Source: Vulcanimicrobiota bacterium
Lineage (GTDB): Bacteria; Vulcanimicrobiota; Vulcanimicrobiia; Eremiobacterales; Eremiobacteraceae
Length of the DNA stretch: 64,000 nt
Assembly: GCA_963812135.1 (NCBI GenBank)
Contig: CAWETU010000001.1
Coordinates: forward strand, 800,001 to 864,000
Reading direction: 5' to 3'
In this document: positions 48,943-58,054 of the stretch, piece after piece
How the letters are laid out: every line of letters starts with the position of its first letter
Numbering within the stretch: position 1 is the stretch's first letter
Notes under the pieces: generated by a model
What the model was told of the DNA's origin: nothing
What the model saw: the letters and a program-made list of their open reading frames with translations, nothing else
The model's database searches: none
Made by a program: the position numbers and the translations under genes

Positions 48943-49257
48943 GTGGCTACGCTGGTCGAGGTCGCCAAACTCGATGACGTGCCCGTCGGCAAGATCAAGG
49001 TCGTCGAGGTCAACGACAAGCGAATCGCGCTGTGTAACTACGATGGCAAGATCTATGCCATTGATGATGAGTGCACGCACGACCGCGGACCGCTCGACCA
49101 GGGCGAACTCATCGGCCACGAGGTCGAATGCCCGCGCCACGGCGCGCGTTTCGACATCGGGACCGGCCGCGCGACCTGCCTGCCTGCCGTCCGGCCGGTG
49201 AAGACATACCAGGTGACCGTCAACGGCGACGCCATCGCGGTGGAGGTGGACCAATGA
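48943..49257 (+). CDS. Rieske-type ferredoxin
   Basis: CTH...CPRH Rieske motifs. Confidence 0.92.
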   Translation: MATLVEVAKLDDVPVGKIKVVEVNDKRIALCNYDGKIYAIDDECTHDRGPLDQGELIGHEVECPRHGARFDIGTGRATCLPAVRPVKTYQVTVNGDAIAVEVDQ

Positions 49258-50516
49258 GCGCGCTGGCGCGGCCGCTCGTCCAAAGCCTCTCCGATGCGGA
49301 CGTCGAGCGCATTCGCGCAGACTTTCCCATCCTCAACGAGCGCCCGCACGGCAAAAAGCTCGTCTTCTTGGACAGCGCGGCGTCTTCGCAAAAACCGATT
49401 CAGGTCATCGATGCGATGGACGATTATTACCGGCGCTACCACGCCAACATCCATCGCGGCGTCTACCACATCAGCGAGCTCGCGACCGAAGCGTATGAAG
49501 AAGCGCGCGCCGCGGTGGCGCGCTTCATCGGCACGCCCTGCGCGGCCGAATGCATCTACGTCCGCAACGCGACCGAAGGTCTCAACCTCGTCGCCTACTC
49601 GTGGGGCCGCACCAACATCAAGCGCGGCGACGTCATCTTGCTCACCGAGATGGAACATCACTCCAATCTCGTGCCCTGGCAAGTCCTCGCTGAGCAGACC
49701 GGCGCGCACCTGCGCTTCGTGCCGGTGACGGACGACGGCCGGCTCGACCTCGCGCAGCTCGACACGCTGCTCGACGGCGCCAAGATCTTCGCGTTCACCG
49801 CGGTGAGCAACACCCTTGGGACCATCAACCCCGTGAAGCAACTCGCCGCGCGCGCGCGGGCCGCGGGCGCGATCAGCGTCGTCGACGCCTGCCAGGCCGT
49901 GCCGCGCATGCCGGTCGACGTCGTCGATTGGGGCGCGGATTTCGCCGCGTTCTCCGCCCATAAGATGCTGGGACCCACCGGCGTCGGCATCCTGTGGGGT
50001 CGCAAGGAACTGCTCGATGCGATGCCGCCCTTCTTGACGGGCGGCGGCATGATCGGCATCGTCGGGCTGGAGCATTCGACGTACGCCGACGTGCCCGCGC
50101 GCTTTGAGGCAGGCACGCCGGCGATCGCAGAAGCTGTCGGACTCAGCGCGGCGGTGCGCTATCTCGAAGCGGTCGGAATGGACCGCATCCACCAATATGA
50201 GATGTTCTTGGCGGACTACGCGCTGCGCCAGCTCGCCGAGGTGCCCAATGTGACGCTGTACGGTCCCGGCATCGAACACCGCAGCGGCGTGATCTCGATG
50301 ACCGTGGGCGACATCCATGCGCACGACTTGGCGAGCATCCTCGACAGCGAAGGCGTCTGCGTGCGTGCCGGCCACCATTGCAACCAGCCGCTCATGGAGA
50401 AGCTCGGCGTGGCGGCGACCGCGCGCGCGTCGTTCTACCTGTACAACACGCTGGCTGAAGTCGACGCGCTGATCAGCGCGATCGAGAAAGCGAAGCGGAT
50501 CTTCAAGATCGCGTGA
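49254..50516 (+). CDS. sufS: Cysteine desulfurase SufS
   Basis: LDSAASSQKP, ANIHRG, MEHHSN, SAHKMLGPTG, RAGHHC. Confidence 0.96.
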   Translation: MSALARPLVQSLSDADVERIRADFPILNERPHGKKLVFLDSAASSQKPIQVIDAMDDYYRRYHANIHRGVYHISELATEAYEEARAAVARFIGTPCAAECIYVRNATEGLNLVAYSWGRTNIKRGDVILLTEMEHHSNLVPWQVLAEQTGAHLRFVPVTDDGRLDLAQLDTLLDGAKIFAFTAVSNTLGTINPVKQLAARARAAGAISVVDACQAVPRMPVDVVDWGADFAAFSAHKMLGPTGVGILWGRKELLDAMPPFLTGGGMIGIVGLEHSTYADVPARFEAGTPAIAEAVGLSAAVRYLEAVGMDRIHQYEMFLADYALRQLAEVPNVTLYGPGIEHRSGVISMTVGDIHAHDLASILDSEGVCVRAGHHCNQPLMEKLGVAATARASFYLYNTLAEVDALISAIEKAKRIFKIA

Positions 50517-50926
50517 CCGACGATACGTATACCGGGATGGACGAGCTTTATCGCGACTTCATCCTCGACCACTACCGCAACCCGCGCAACGCCGGCACGC
50601 TCGACGATGCCGATGCGTCCTTTGAGGACATCAACCCGCTATGCGGCGACAAGATCCGCATGGATCTGAAGATCCGCGACAACGTCGTCACGGATGTGAA
50701 GTTCAAAGGGCGCGGCTGCGCGATCTCGCAAGCCTCAGCCTCGCTGCTCACCGAGCAGATCAAGGGCAAGACGCTCGCCGAGATCAGCAAGATCGGCAAG
50801 GAAGACGTGCTCGAAAACGTGGGGATCAACATCTCCGCGGCGCGGCTCAAGTGCGCGCTCTTGGGACTCAAGGTCCTCAAACAGGCGCTGGCGTTGAAGT
50901 ATTCTGACGAGGACGCGGCCGGCTGA
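50513..50926 (+). CDS. sufU: SufU/NifU-type sulfur acceptor or scaffold
   Basis: ILDHYRNPRN, NPLCGD, GCAISQAS, RLKCA. Confidence 0.9.
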   Translation: MTDDTYTGMDELYRDFILDHYRNPRNAGTLDDADASFEDINPLCGDKIRMDLKIRDNVVTDVKFKGRGCAISQASASLLTEQIKGKTLAEISKIGKEDVLENVGINISAARLKCALLGLKVLKQALALKYSDEDAAG

Positions 50927-51070
50927 CACATGCACGCAGCTTTTGCGTGATTTAACACAGATTCGCCAGGAAATGACGGTTCATCGCGTCGTAACAGGGC
51001 GATAGGCTTTTCAACGCTTAGAAACGCTTTTCGCTCCGCTTCGCTCGTAACGGGGACCAACTCACACCGC

Positions 51071-51472
51071 ATGCCAGTGCATCCAGTCCACCACCTCGCC
51101 ATCGGCACCGATGCCCTCAAGGTGGCGAAGAAGTTCTACGACGTGCTGTTGCCGGCGCTCGGCTTCGACTTGGTGTTCGACAAGGACGACCATTTCGGAT
51201 ATCAGCGCGAAGGCTTCGAACTCGTCGTCTACAAGGCCGAGCGCACCGCCGACGACCTGTACGACGGCAAACGCCACGTCGGATTCGACCATCTGGCGCT
51301 CAACGCCGATTCTCGCGCGGTCGTCGACCAGTGCGCCGCGCAGCTCGACGAGCTCGGCGCTGAGATCGACGAGGCGCCGGCCGTGGTCAGCGAGCTCGGC
51401 GAGGATTATTACGCGATGTGGGTGCGGGACCCGAGCGGGTTGCGCATCGAGGTCGTCTACCAAGGAGCGTAA
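51071..51472 (+). CDS. VOC family protein
   Basis: VHHLAI, GFDHLAL, YYAMWVRDPSGLRIEVV. Confidence 0.88.
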   Translation: MPVHPVHHLAIGTDALKVAKKFYDVLLPALGFDLVFDKDDHFGYQREGFELVVYKAERTADDLYDGKRHVGFDHLALNADSRAVVDQCAAQLDELGAEIDEAPAVVSELGEDYYAMWVRDPSGLRIEVVYQGA

Positions 51473-51476
51473 CCCG

Positions 51477-52268
51477 ATCGCGCAGCGCGCATACCGCTAC
51501 GTCCCTGTCATCGTCGCCAGCTACGACGTCGTCTACGGCCAACTGCGCAAAGACGACGTCGAGTTCTATGTGGACCTCGCGATGCACGCGCGTGGTCCGG
51601 TGCTCGAGCTCGGCTGCGGCACCGGTCGCATCCTCATCCCCTCCGCGGCTGCCGGCGCGAACATCACCGGTCTCGATCTCTCTCCCCTCATGCTCGACGC
51701 ATGCCGGCGCAAGGTCGCCGCGCTGCCGCCTGAGGTGGCGGTGCGGATCGAACTGATCGAAGACTCGATGACCGCGTTTGATCTCGGGCGGCGCTTCGCG
51801 CTCGTCACGATCCCGTTCCGCGCGTTTTCCCACCTCATCACCGTGGACGAACAGCTCGCATGCTTGGCGAGCGTGCGCCGCCATCTGGCAGAGGACGGCG
51901 AGCTCGTTTTTGACGTCTTCCAGCCGCGCTTGGACTTCATGCTCGACCCGCGCAGCGCGGACGAGGCGGAAGATGTGCCCGAATCGCCGTTGCCGGACGG
52001 TCGGACCGTGCGGCGCACTGCACGGCGGACGCAGTGGCATCCATCGGAGCAGACGTTCCAGGTCGAGTTCAACTACTATATAAAGGATGAGAGCGGCAAC
52101 GTCGAGCGTCTGCAAGAGACGTTCCCGTTCCGTTACTACTTCCGGTTCGAATTAGAGCACCTGCTCGCGCGTGCCGGCTTTGAGGTCGCCGCGCTCTATG
52201 GCTGGTACGATAAGTCGGCGCTGACGGACGAGCCTCACGAGATGATCTTCACCGCTCGCCCAAAGTAG
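51477..52268 (+). CDS. Class I SAM-dependent methyltransferase
   Basis: DVEFY, VLELGCGTGRI, GLDLS, HLAEDG; apparent ATC start 9 nt after AAGGAG. Confidence 0.85.
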   Translation: MAQRAYRYVPVIVASYDVVYGQLRKDDVEFYVDLAMHARGPVLELGCGTGRILIPSAAAGANITGLDLSPLMLDACRRKVAALPPEVAVRIELIEDSMTAFDLGRRFALVTIPFRAFSHLITVDEQLACLASVRRHLAEDGELVFDVFQPRLDFMLDPRSADEAEDVPESPLPDGRTVRRTARRTQWHPSEQTFQVEFNYYIKDESGNVERLQETFPFRYYFRFELEHLLARAGFEVAALYGWYDKSALTDEPHEMIFTARPK

Positions 52269-52288
52269 CGGTCGAATTTATTCGACCG
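52265..52288. repeat. REP family A copy
   Basis: GTAGCGGTCGAATTTATTCGACCG; its TAG is the methyltransferase stop. Confidence 0.85.
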
Positions 52289-52302
52289 AGGGAGGACTCG
52301 AT

Positions 52303-53487
52303 ATGTTCGGACGTGTCTGCGCTATCATCGCCTTAGCGCTGCTTCAAGGGACGCCGGCATTCGCAGCGGGATCCGACGAGGCGCTGCGCGCCGCCATGCA
52401 GCAGTCGCTCAGCAACTACGTCACGACCTACGCGAAATCCGAACATATCTCTGCCGCGTCGCTCTCGGTCAGCCTGCCGGGCGAATCGCAGAACATCAAC
52501 CTCACTGCCGGGCGAAGGTCGTGGCAGAGCGGTGGCCCCGTCGCCACCGACGACCTTTGGCAGATCGGGAGCAACACCAAAGCATTCACCGCCGCAGCGC
52601 TTCTGCAACTCGAAGCGGAGGGCAAGCTCACGATCGATCAGACCGTCGGCGACTGGTTGCCGCAATACCCGGCGTGGAAGAACGTCACGATTCGCAGGCT
52701 GCTGGACATGACGAGCGGCATCCAAGGCTACGACAACGTTCCCGCGATGTCCGAGGCGTGGACCACCATTGACCGCCGCTTCACGCCCGAGCAGCTCGTG
52801 GGATTCGCCGATCCGATCTATCCCAACGCGCCGAAACCGACGCATGGCTGGAATTACTCGAACACCAACTACATGCTGGCCGGCATGATCATCGAGCGCG
52901 CCAGTGGACATTCGTACGGCGACGAGATCAAGCGCCGCTTCTTCGTACCGCTCGGCCTGACGAACACATTCTATAGCCCGAACGTCTACCCGAAGTCCGT
53001 GACCGATCGCATGGTTTCCGGTTATTGGGCGAACACGGGACCCGGCAACGAGGCGTTGGCGCACTTCCTTAATAAAGACATGCGGCTCTCCGACATGTCG
53101 TGGGCGGGCGCCGCGGGCGGCATCGTCTCGACGCCGGAAGACGTGACGCGCTGGGTCCGCGCGCTCTACAAAGGCGACCTGCTCGCGGCGAAGCAGCGGC
53201 GCGAGCTGATGACCATCGTCTCCGTCAAAACCGGGCAGCCGATAGCCGTCACATCCGTCTCCGACCCGCAAGGCTTTGGGCTGGGCGTCGGCCAGGGCAC
53301 CAGACCAAAGCTCGGGACGTACTGGTACTATCAGGGGGAGACCCTAGGGTACCGCATGGTCTATGCCTGGTTCCCGACAAGCGATGTCGTCCTGGCAGTG
53401 GGCGTCAACAGCCAGCCGACCGATAACCATATCGGGGACCTCTTAGAAGGCCTTTGGACCGCCCTGCATCGTTATGGAAAAGTATAG
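52303..53487 (+). CDS. Secreted serine hydrolase (beta-lactamase/D-Ala-D-Ala carboxypeptidase family)
   Basis: Signal peptide; SxxK (GSNTK), YSNTNY, AGGIVST. Confidence 0.92.
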   Translation: MFGRVCAIIALALLQGTPAFAAGSDEALRAAMQQSLSNYVTTYAKSEHISAASLSVSLPGESQNINLTAGRRSWQSGGPVATDDLWQIGSNTKAFTAAALLQLEAEGKLTIDQTVGDWLPQYPAWKNVTIRRLLDMTSGIQGYDNVPAMSEAWTTIDRRFTPEQLVGFADPIYPNAPKPTHGWNYSNTNYMLAGMIIERASGHSYGDEIKRRFFVPLGLTNTFYSPNVYPKSVTDRMVSGYWANTGPGNEALAHFLNKDMRLSDMSWAGAAGGIVSTPEDVTRWVRALYKGDLLAAKQRRELMTIVSVKTGQPIAVTSVSDPQGFGLGVGQGTRPKLGTYWYYQGETLGYRMVYAWFPTSDVVLAVGVNSQPTDNHIGDLLEGLWTALHRYGKV

Positions 53488-53513
53488 GGGGCGTTCAAAA
53501 GGGGGGTGGATAT

Positions 53514-53606
53514 ATGGCTCTCTGGCAGATCATACTCGTCGTCGTCTTGGTCATCGGACTTGTCGGTTTGTTCATCGCCCGCGCGAACGAGAAGAAAAAA
53601 GCCTAA
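53514..53606 (+). CDS. 30-aa single-TM small protein (below the ORF-track size cutoff)
   Basis: AAGGGGGGTGG RBS; MALWQIILVVVLVIGLVGLFIARANEKKKA. Confidence 0.7.
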   Translation: MALWQIILVVVLVIGLVGLFIARANEKKKA

Positions 53607-53612
53607 GAACGC

Positions 53613-55448
53613 CTAGGTGGCGGCTGCAGCGCGTTGGCGCGCGGCCGTCTTGGATTTGCGGCGGCCGTCTTCGGTCAAGACGCGCTTGCGCAAGCGTATC
53701 GATTTCGGAGTGACCTCGACCAGCTCGTCGTCTTCGATGAACTCGAGCGCGCGCTCCAGTGACATCGGTTCGGGCGGCGGCAGGTTCGGCGCGTCGTCGG
53801 AACCCGACGCGCGCATGTTCGTCAGTTTCTTGGCTTTACAGACGTTAACGGTGATGTCGTCGTCGGTCTTGCCGCGGCCGACGATCATGCCCTCATACAC
53901 CTCCGTCTGCGGCGCGATGAAGAACGCACCGCGTGCCTGGAGGTTGTCGAGCGCATAGGCTGTCGCGAGGCCGGTTTCCGCGCTCACGAGCACCCCGGTG
54001 CTGCGGCCCGGGATCTCGCCGGCCAGCGGCTGGTGATCGTAATACGTGTGGTTGATGACGGCGGTGCCGCGCGTGAGCGTGAGCAGCTCGTTGCGCAGTC
54101 CGAATAGCGCGCGCGTCGGCATCGTGTACTCAAGCCTTTGTTGCGATCCGTAGCCCACCATGTTGAGCATCTGCGCGCGCCTGCGTCCTAGCGACTCGAT
54201 GACCGAGCCCGCATACGCCTCGGCGACGTCGACGACCACATATTCCACCGGTTCCATGCGCTGGCCGTCGCGCTCGATCACGATCACCTGCGGTTTGGAG
54301 ACTCCGAGTTCGTAGCCTTCGCGACGCATCGTCTCGATAAGCACCGAGAGGTGGAGCTCACCGCGCCCAGACACGTGAAACGTGTCAGGCGACGCCGTCG
54401 GCTCGACCCGCAACGCGACATTGCTCTCGAGCTCGCGCTCGAGCCGCTCTTTGAGATGCCGGCTGGTAAGATATTTCCCCTCGCGCCCCGCGAACGGCGA
54501 CGTGTTGACGACGAAGTCGACCGAGACGGTCGGTTCATCCACCAGCACCGCGTCCACCGCCTCCGGCTGATTCGCGTCAGCCAAAGTCTCGGCGATGTTG
54601 ACCTCTTCGACGCCTGAGAGCGCGATGATGTCGCCGGCGCGCGCCTCGGCGAGCTCGCGCCGCTGCAAACCGTAGAACTCGAAGATCTTCGTCACGCGAT
54701 GCGTGGTGCGTTCGGCACCACGGATGCGCACGATCGGATCGCCCGGCCGGATCACGCCGCGGAACAGCCGGCCGATCGCGATGCGCCCGACATATTCGTT
54801 GTGGTCGATGTTCGAGACCAACATCTGGAACGGGCCTTCATCGTCGCCGGGCGGCTCGGGCACATTCGTGATGATGGATTCCATGAGCGGCCGCAGGTCG
54901 GTCCCCGGCGATGCGAGATCGCGCGTGGCGGTGCCGGCGCGCGCGTTCGTATAGATGACCGGGAAATCGAGCTGATGGTCGGCGCAACCGATGTCGATGA
55001 ACAATGCGAGCACTTCGTCGAGCACTTCGACGGGGCGCGCGTCCTTGCGGTCGATCTTGTTGATGACCGTGACCACCGGCAAGTCTTGCTCGAGCGCCTT
55101 GCGCAGCACGAAGCGCGTCTGCGGCAGCGGCCCCTCCGCCGCGTCGACCAGCAGGAGCACGCCGTTGACCATCTGCAACACGCGTTCGACTTCGCCGCCG
55201 AAATCCGCGTGGCCGGGGGTATCGACGATGTTGATCTTGACGTCGCCCCACACGATGCCGGTGTTCTTGGCGAGAATGGTGATGCCGCGTTCGCGCTCGA
55301 TCGGATTGGAGTCCATGACGAGGTCGCCAGCCGCCGACGGATCGCGGAACACGCCGGCCTGGCGCAGCATAGCATCGACCAACGTCGTCTTGCCGTGGTC
55401 GACGTGAGCGACGATCGCGATATTACGGACATCAGGACGTGTGTGCAC
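53613..55448 (-). CDS. typA: Translational GTPase TypA/BipA
   Basis: RNIAIVAHVDHGKTT, ERERGITILAK, DTPGHADFGGEVER, GRGELHL, KKLTNMRASG, VEVTPKSIRLRK. Confidence 0.97.
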   Translation of the reverse strand: MHTRPDVRNIAIVAHVDHGKTTLVDAMLRQAGVFRDPSAAGDLVMDSNPIERERGITILAKNTGIVWGDVKINIVDTPGHADFGGEVERVLQMVNGVLLLVDAAEGPLPQTRFVLRKALEQDLPVVTVINKIDRKDARPVEVLDEVLALFIDIGCADHQLDFPVIYTNARAGTATRDLASPGTDLRPLMESIITNVPEPPGDDEGPFQMLVSNIDHNEYVGRIAIGRLFRGVIRPGDPIVRIRGAERTTHRVTKIFEFYGLQRRELAEARAGDIIALSGVEEVNIAETLADANQPEAVDAVLVDEPTVSVDFVVNTSPFAGREGKYLTSRHLKERLERELESNVALRVEPTASPDTFHVSGRGELHLSVLIETMRREGYELGVSKPQVIVIERDGQRMEPVEYVVVDVAEAYAGSVIESLGRRRAQMLNMVGYGSQQRLEYTMPTRALFGLRNELLTLTRGTAVINHTYYDHQPLAGEIPGRSTGVLVSAETGLATAYALDNLQARGAFFIAPQTEVYEGMIVGRGKTDDDITVNVCKAKKLTNMRASGSDDAPNLPPPEPMSLERALEFIEDDELVEVTPKSIRLRKRVLTEDGRRKSKTAARQRAAAAT

Positions 55449-55542
55449 ATCTCATTATACCACCGAGCGTGGCCCGATGCCTGGTCGCAAGACGCGCGAT
55501 GCGCAGGCGGCATGAGACGTTTGACCGAACACGCCGCGTGCC

Positions 55543-56286
55543 ATGAACGACTCAGAGTTTTCTGACGGTGATAGTCCCGCGCGCCAAGAGCGATCGCACC
55601 CGGTTCCCGCTGACATCGCGAAGGACGTCGATCCGAACTACGACCCCGATCAAGATCCGACAGTCCGTTCGTTCGGCGTGATGGGCGCGTCCGGCGGCGA
55701 GTTGCCGCCCGAGGTGCGGGTCAGAGCGTTCAATATCGGACGCGCGATCGCGCAGGCAGGCTGCGTCACCGTCACCGGCGCATGTCCGGGCTTGCCGTAC
55801 GACGCGGCGCGCGGCGCGCAGTCCGAAGGCGGTCTGTCGATCGGCATCTCGCCAGGATTGTCGCGCAGCGAGCACGTCAAACACTACGAGTCACCCGTCG
55901 ACGCCTACGACGTCATCATCTACACGGGCAGCGGCTTGATGGGCCGCGAGGTGCACAACATCCACTCGTCCGACATCATCATCATCGTCGGCGGCCGCTC
56001 GGGCACGCTCGGCGAGTTCTGCATCGCGTTCGACGAGGGCAAGCTGATCGGCGTGTTGGAAGGATCTGGCGGCATCGCCGACGCGTTGCCCGAGATCGTT
56101 CCCGACCTCGGCAAGCGCACGGGAGCCGTCATCATCTACGACCGCGATCCGCACAAGCTCGTGGAGCGCTGCATCGTCGAATACCGTACGTCGCATTTCC
56201 GCCATCCGTCGACATTCGTCGAGGCGGTGCCAGCAGAGGATGGGCAATGGCCCGAATCACCTTCATCGGCGCCGCAGGCGTCGTAA
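55543..56286 (+). CDS. LOG/SLOG-family Rossmann-fold nucleotide-binding protein
   Basis: GVMGAS, TGACPG, GISP, GGRSGTLGE. Confidence 0.85.
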   Translation: MNDSEFSDGDSPARQERSHPVPADIAKDVDPNYDPDQDPTVRSFGVMGASGGELPPEVRVRAFNIGRAIAQAGCVTVTGACPGLPYDAARGAQSEGGLSIGISPGLSRSEHVKHYESPVDAYDVIIYTGSGLMGREVHNIHSSDIIIIVGGRSGTLGEFCIAFDEGKLIGVLEGSGGIADALPEIVPDLGKRTGAVIIYDRDPHKLVERCIVEYRTSHFRHPSTFVEAVPAEDGQWPESPSSAPQAS

Positions 56287-57611
56287 CCGGCAGCAAACAC
56301 CTCGTCGAGACCGATTCGGGCGCGCGCGTGCTGCTCGACTGCGGCATGTTCCAGGGTCTGCCCGAACTCACGCAGCGCAACTGGACGCCGCCGCCCGTCG
56401 ATCCGAAGACGCTCGACGCCGTGCTGCTCTCGCACGCGCACTTGGATCACTGCGGCTATTTGCCGGCGCTCACGCAGCAAGGCTTCACCGGACCCGTTTA
56501 TACCACGGCTGCGACCGCGGAGGTCGCGACGCTCGTGCTGCGAGACTCGGCCGGCTTGCAAGAGGACGAAGCCGCGCGCGCCGCGCGCCATCCCGAACGC
56601 GGCTTGCATACCAAGCCGCTGTACACGGATGATGACGTCACCGCCGTGACCAAGCTGTTCAAGACGGTCGCGTATCTCGAGAACCGCACGGATATCGCCG
56701 GCTGTCGCTTCTGCCTCGTCGACGCCGGGCACATCCTCGGTTCGGCGATCATCCAGCTCTGGTTCGCTGAGGGCAAGCTGACGTTCTCGGGAGACATCGG
56801 ACGCTACGGGCGCCCGCTGCTCAACGATCCGACGCCGGTGGCGGAGAGCACGATCGTGCTCTGCGAGTCGACCTATGGCAATCGCGTCCATCCGCCCGAC
56901 GATCCGAAGGACGATCTTGGCGTCGTCATCAACGCGGCGTACAAGCGCAATGGCGTGCTCGTCATCCCTGCGTTCGCGATCGGCCGGACGCAGGAGCTGC
57001 TCTACGCGATCGGCCAGCTGCAGCGCGCCGGCACGATTCCGCAGCTCGACATCTACGTCGACAGCCCGATGGGCATCGAAGCGAACCAGATCATGGCACG
57101 CCATCCCGAAGCGATGCGCATCAACCTTACTACGCTGTTCGGCGCACAGGCGGACAGCATGGGCGCGCAGCGCGTCACCATGGTGTCGTCGGTCGACCAG
57201 TCCAAAGCGCTGAACAACATCGCGTCAAAAGCGATCATCATCGCCTCGAGCGGCATGGCGACCGGCGGTCGCGTCCAGCATCACCTGCGCAATCGCTTGC
57301 CGCGCGCGAACGACACGGTGTTGTTCGTGGGGTTCGAGTCGCCCGGTACGCCCGGCAACGCGCTGCTCAACGGCGCGAAGACGCTCAAGATCATGGGCGT
57401 GCCGGTTCCCGTGCATGCGACCGTCACCCACATCGACGGCTTCTCAGCGCACGCCGACAAGAACGAGCTGCTGCGCTGGTTCGGCGGCTTCACGGACAAG
57501 CCGCAGGTCTATCTCGTCCACGCCGATCCGGCCGCGGCCGAAGCGCTCGCGGCGGCCGTGGCGCAGAAGTACGGTTTCCCGACGCAGGTGGCAAAGGCGG
57601 CGAAGTCGTGA
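56247..57611 (+). CDS. MBL/beta-CASP ribonuclease-like protein
   Basis: VTGSKHL, DCGMFQG, SHAHLDH, AGHILGS, ESTYG, FSAHAD. Confidence 0.92.
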   Translation: MARITFIGAAGVVTGSKHLVETDSGARVLLDCGMFQGLPELTQRNWTPPPVDPKTLDAVLLSHAHLDHCGYLPALTQQGFTGPVYTTAATAEVATLVLRDSAGLQEDEAARAARHPERGLHTKPLYTDDDVTAVTKLFKTVAYLENRTDIAGCRFCLVDAGHILGSAIIQLWFAEGKLTFSGDIGRYGRPLLNDPTPVAESTIVLCESTYGNRVHPPDDPKDDLGVVINAAYKRNGVLVIPAFAIGRTQELLYAIGQLQRAGTIPQLDIYVDSPMGIEANQIMARHPEAMRINLTTLFGAQADSMGAQRVTMVSSVDQSKALNNIASKAIIIASSGMATGGRVQHHLRNRLPRANDTVLFVGFESPGTPGNALLNGAKTLKIMGVPVPVHATVTHIDGFSAHADKNELLRWFGGFTDKPQVYLVHADPAAAEALAAAVAQKYGFPTQVAKAAKS

Positions 57612-58054
57612 CCATAGTGCGCGAGCGCTTCACGCCGGTCGACGGGCACTGGGAACGGCGCGTGGTCGAAAGCTTCGCGCGACCAGGGCACCATGACTCT
57701 CTAGGCGCGCGCATCCTTCATCTAAAGCCCGGCGTGTGCTCAATCGGCGACGCCTATCGGCCCGCACTTTCGCAGCAGACGGGTTTTTCCCGCAGGCGTC
57801 ACGAGCGGGTCGCGGATGCGCAGGAGCTACGCTGCGCCGACGCTTTTCGATTTCGCTTCAGAAGTGCTGACGGTGGAGTTCGCCATCAACCTTTTGGCGC
57901 CGTGCTCTGCGACGAGCTCGTCGCCTATGGCCAAGTCATACGGTCCGGCAAGACGATCAGCGTATGCAGGGTGGACGTTGAAGCGATCAAGGGCGGCAAG
58001 ACCACAGTGTGTGCCCTGCTGCAGCAGACGCTGATGCGGGTGGATATCCCCTAG
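57608..58054 (+). pseudogene. PaaI-family thioesterase with several indels (pseudogene or consensus errors)
   Basis: Family-like segments switch frames: ESFAR...LSQQ and GQVIRSGKTISVC in one frame, SEVLTVEFAINLLAP in ORF 57816..58034. Confidence 0.7.

Noticed and set aside
8320..52288. The ~30-bp palindromic repeat as a CRISPR repeat
   Set aside because: Copies are isolated and kilobases apart, with no spacer periodicity and no cas genes
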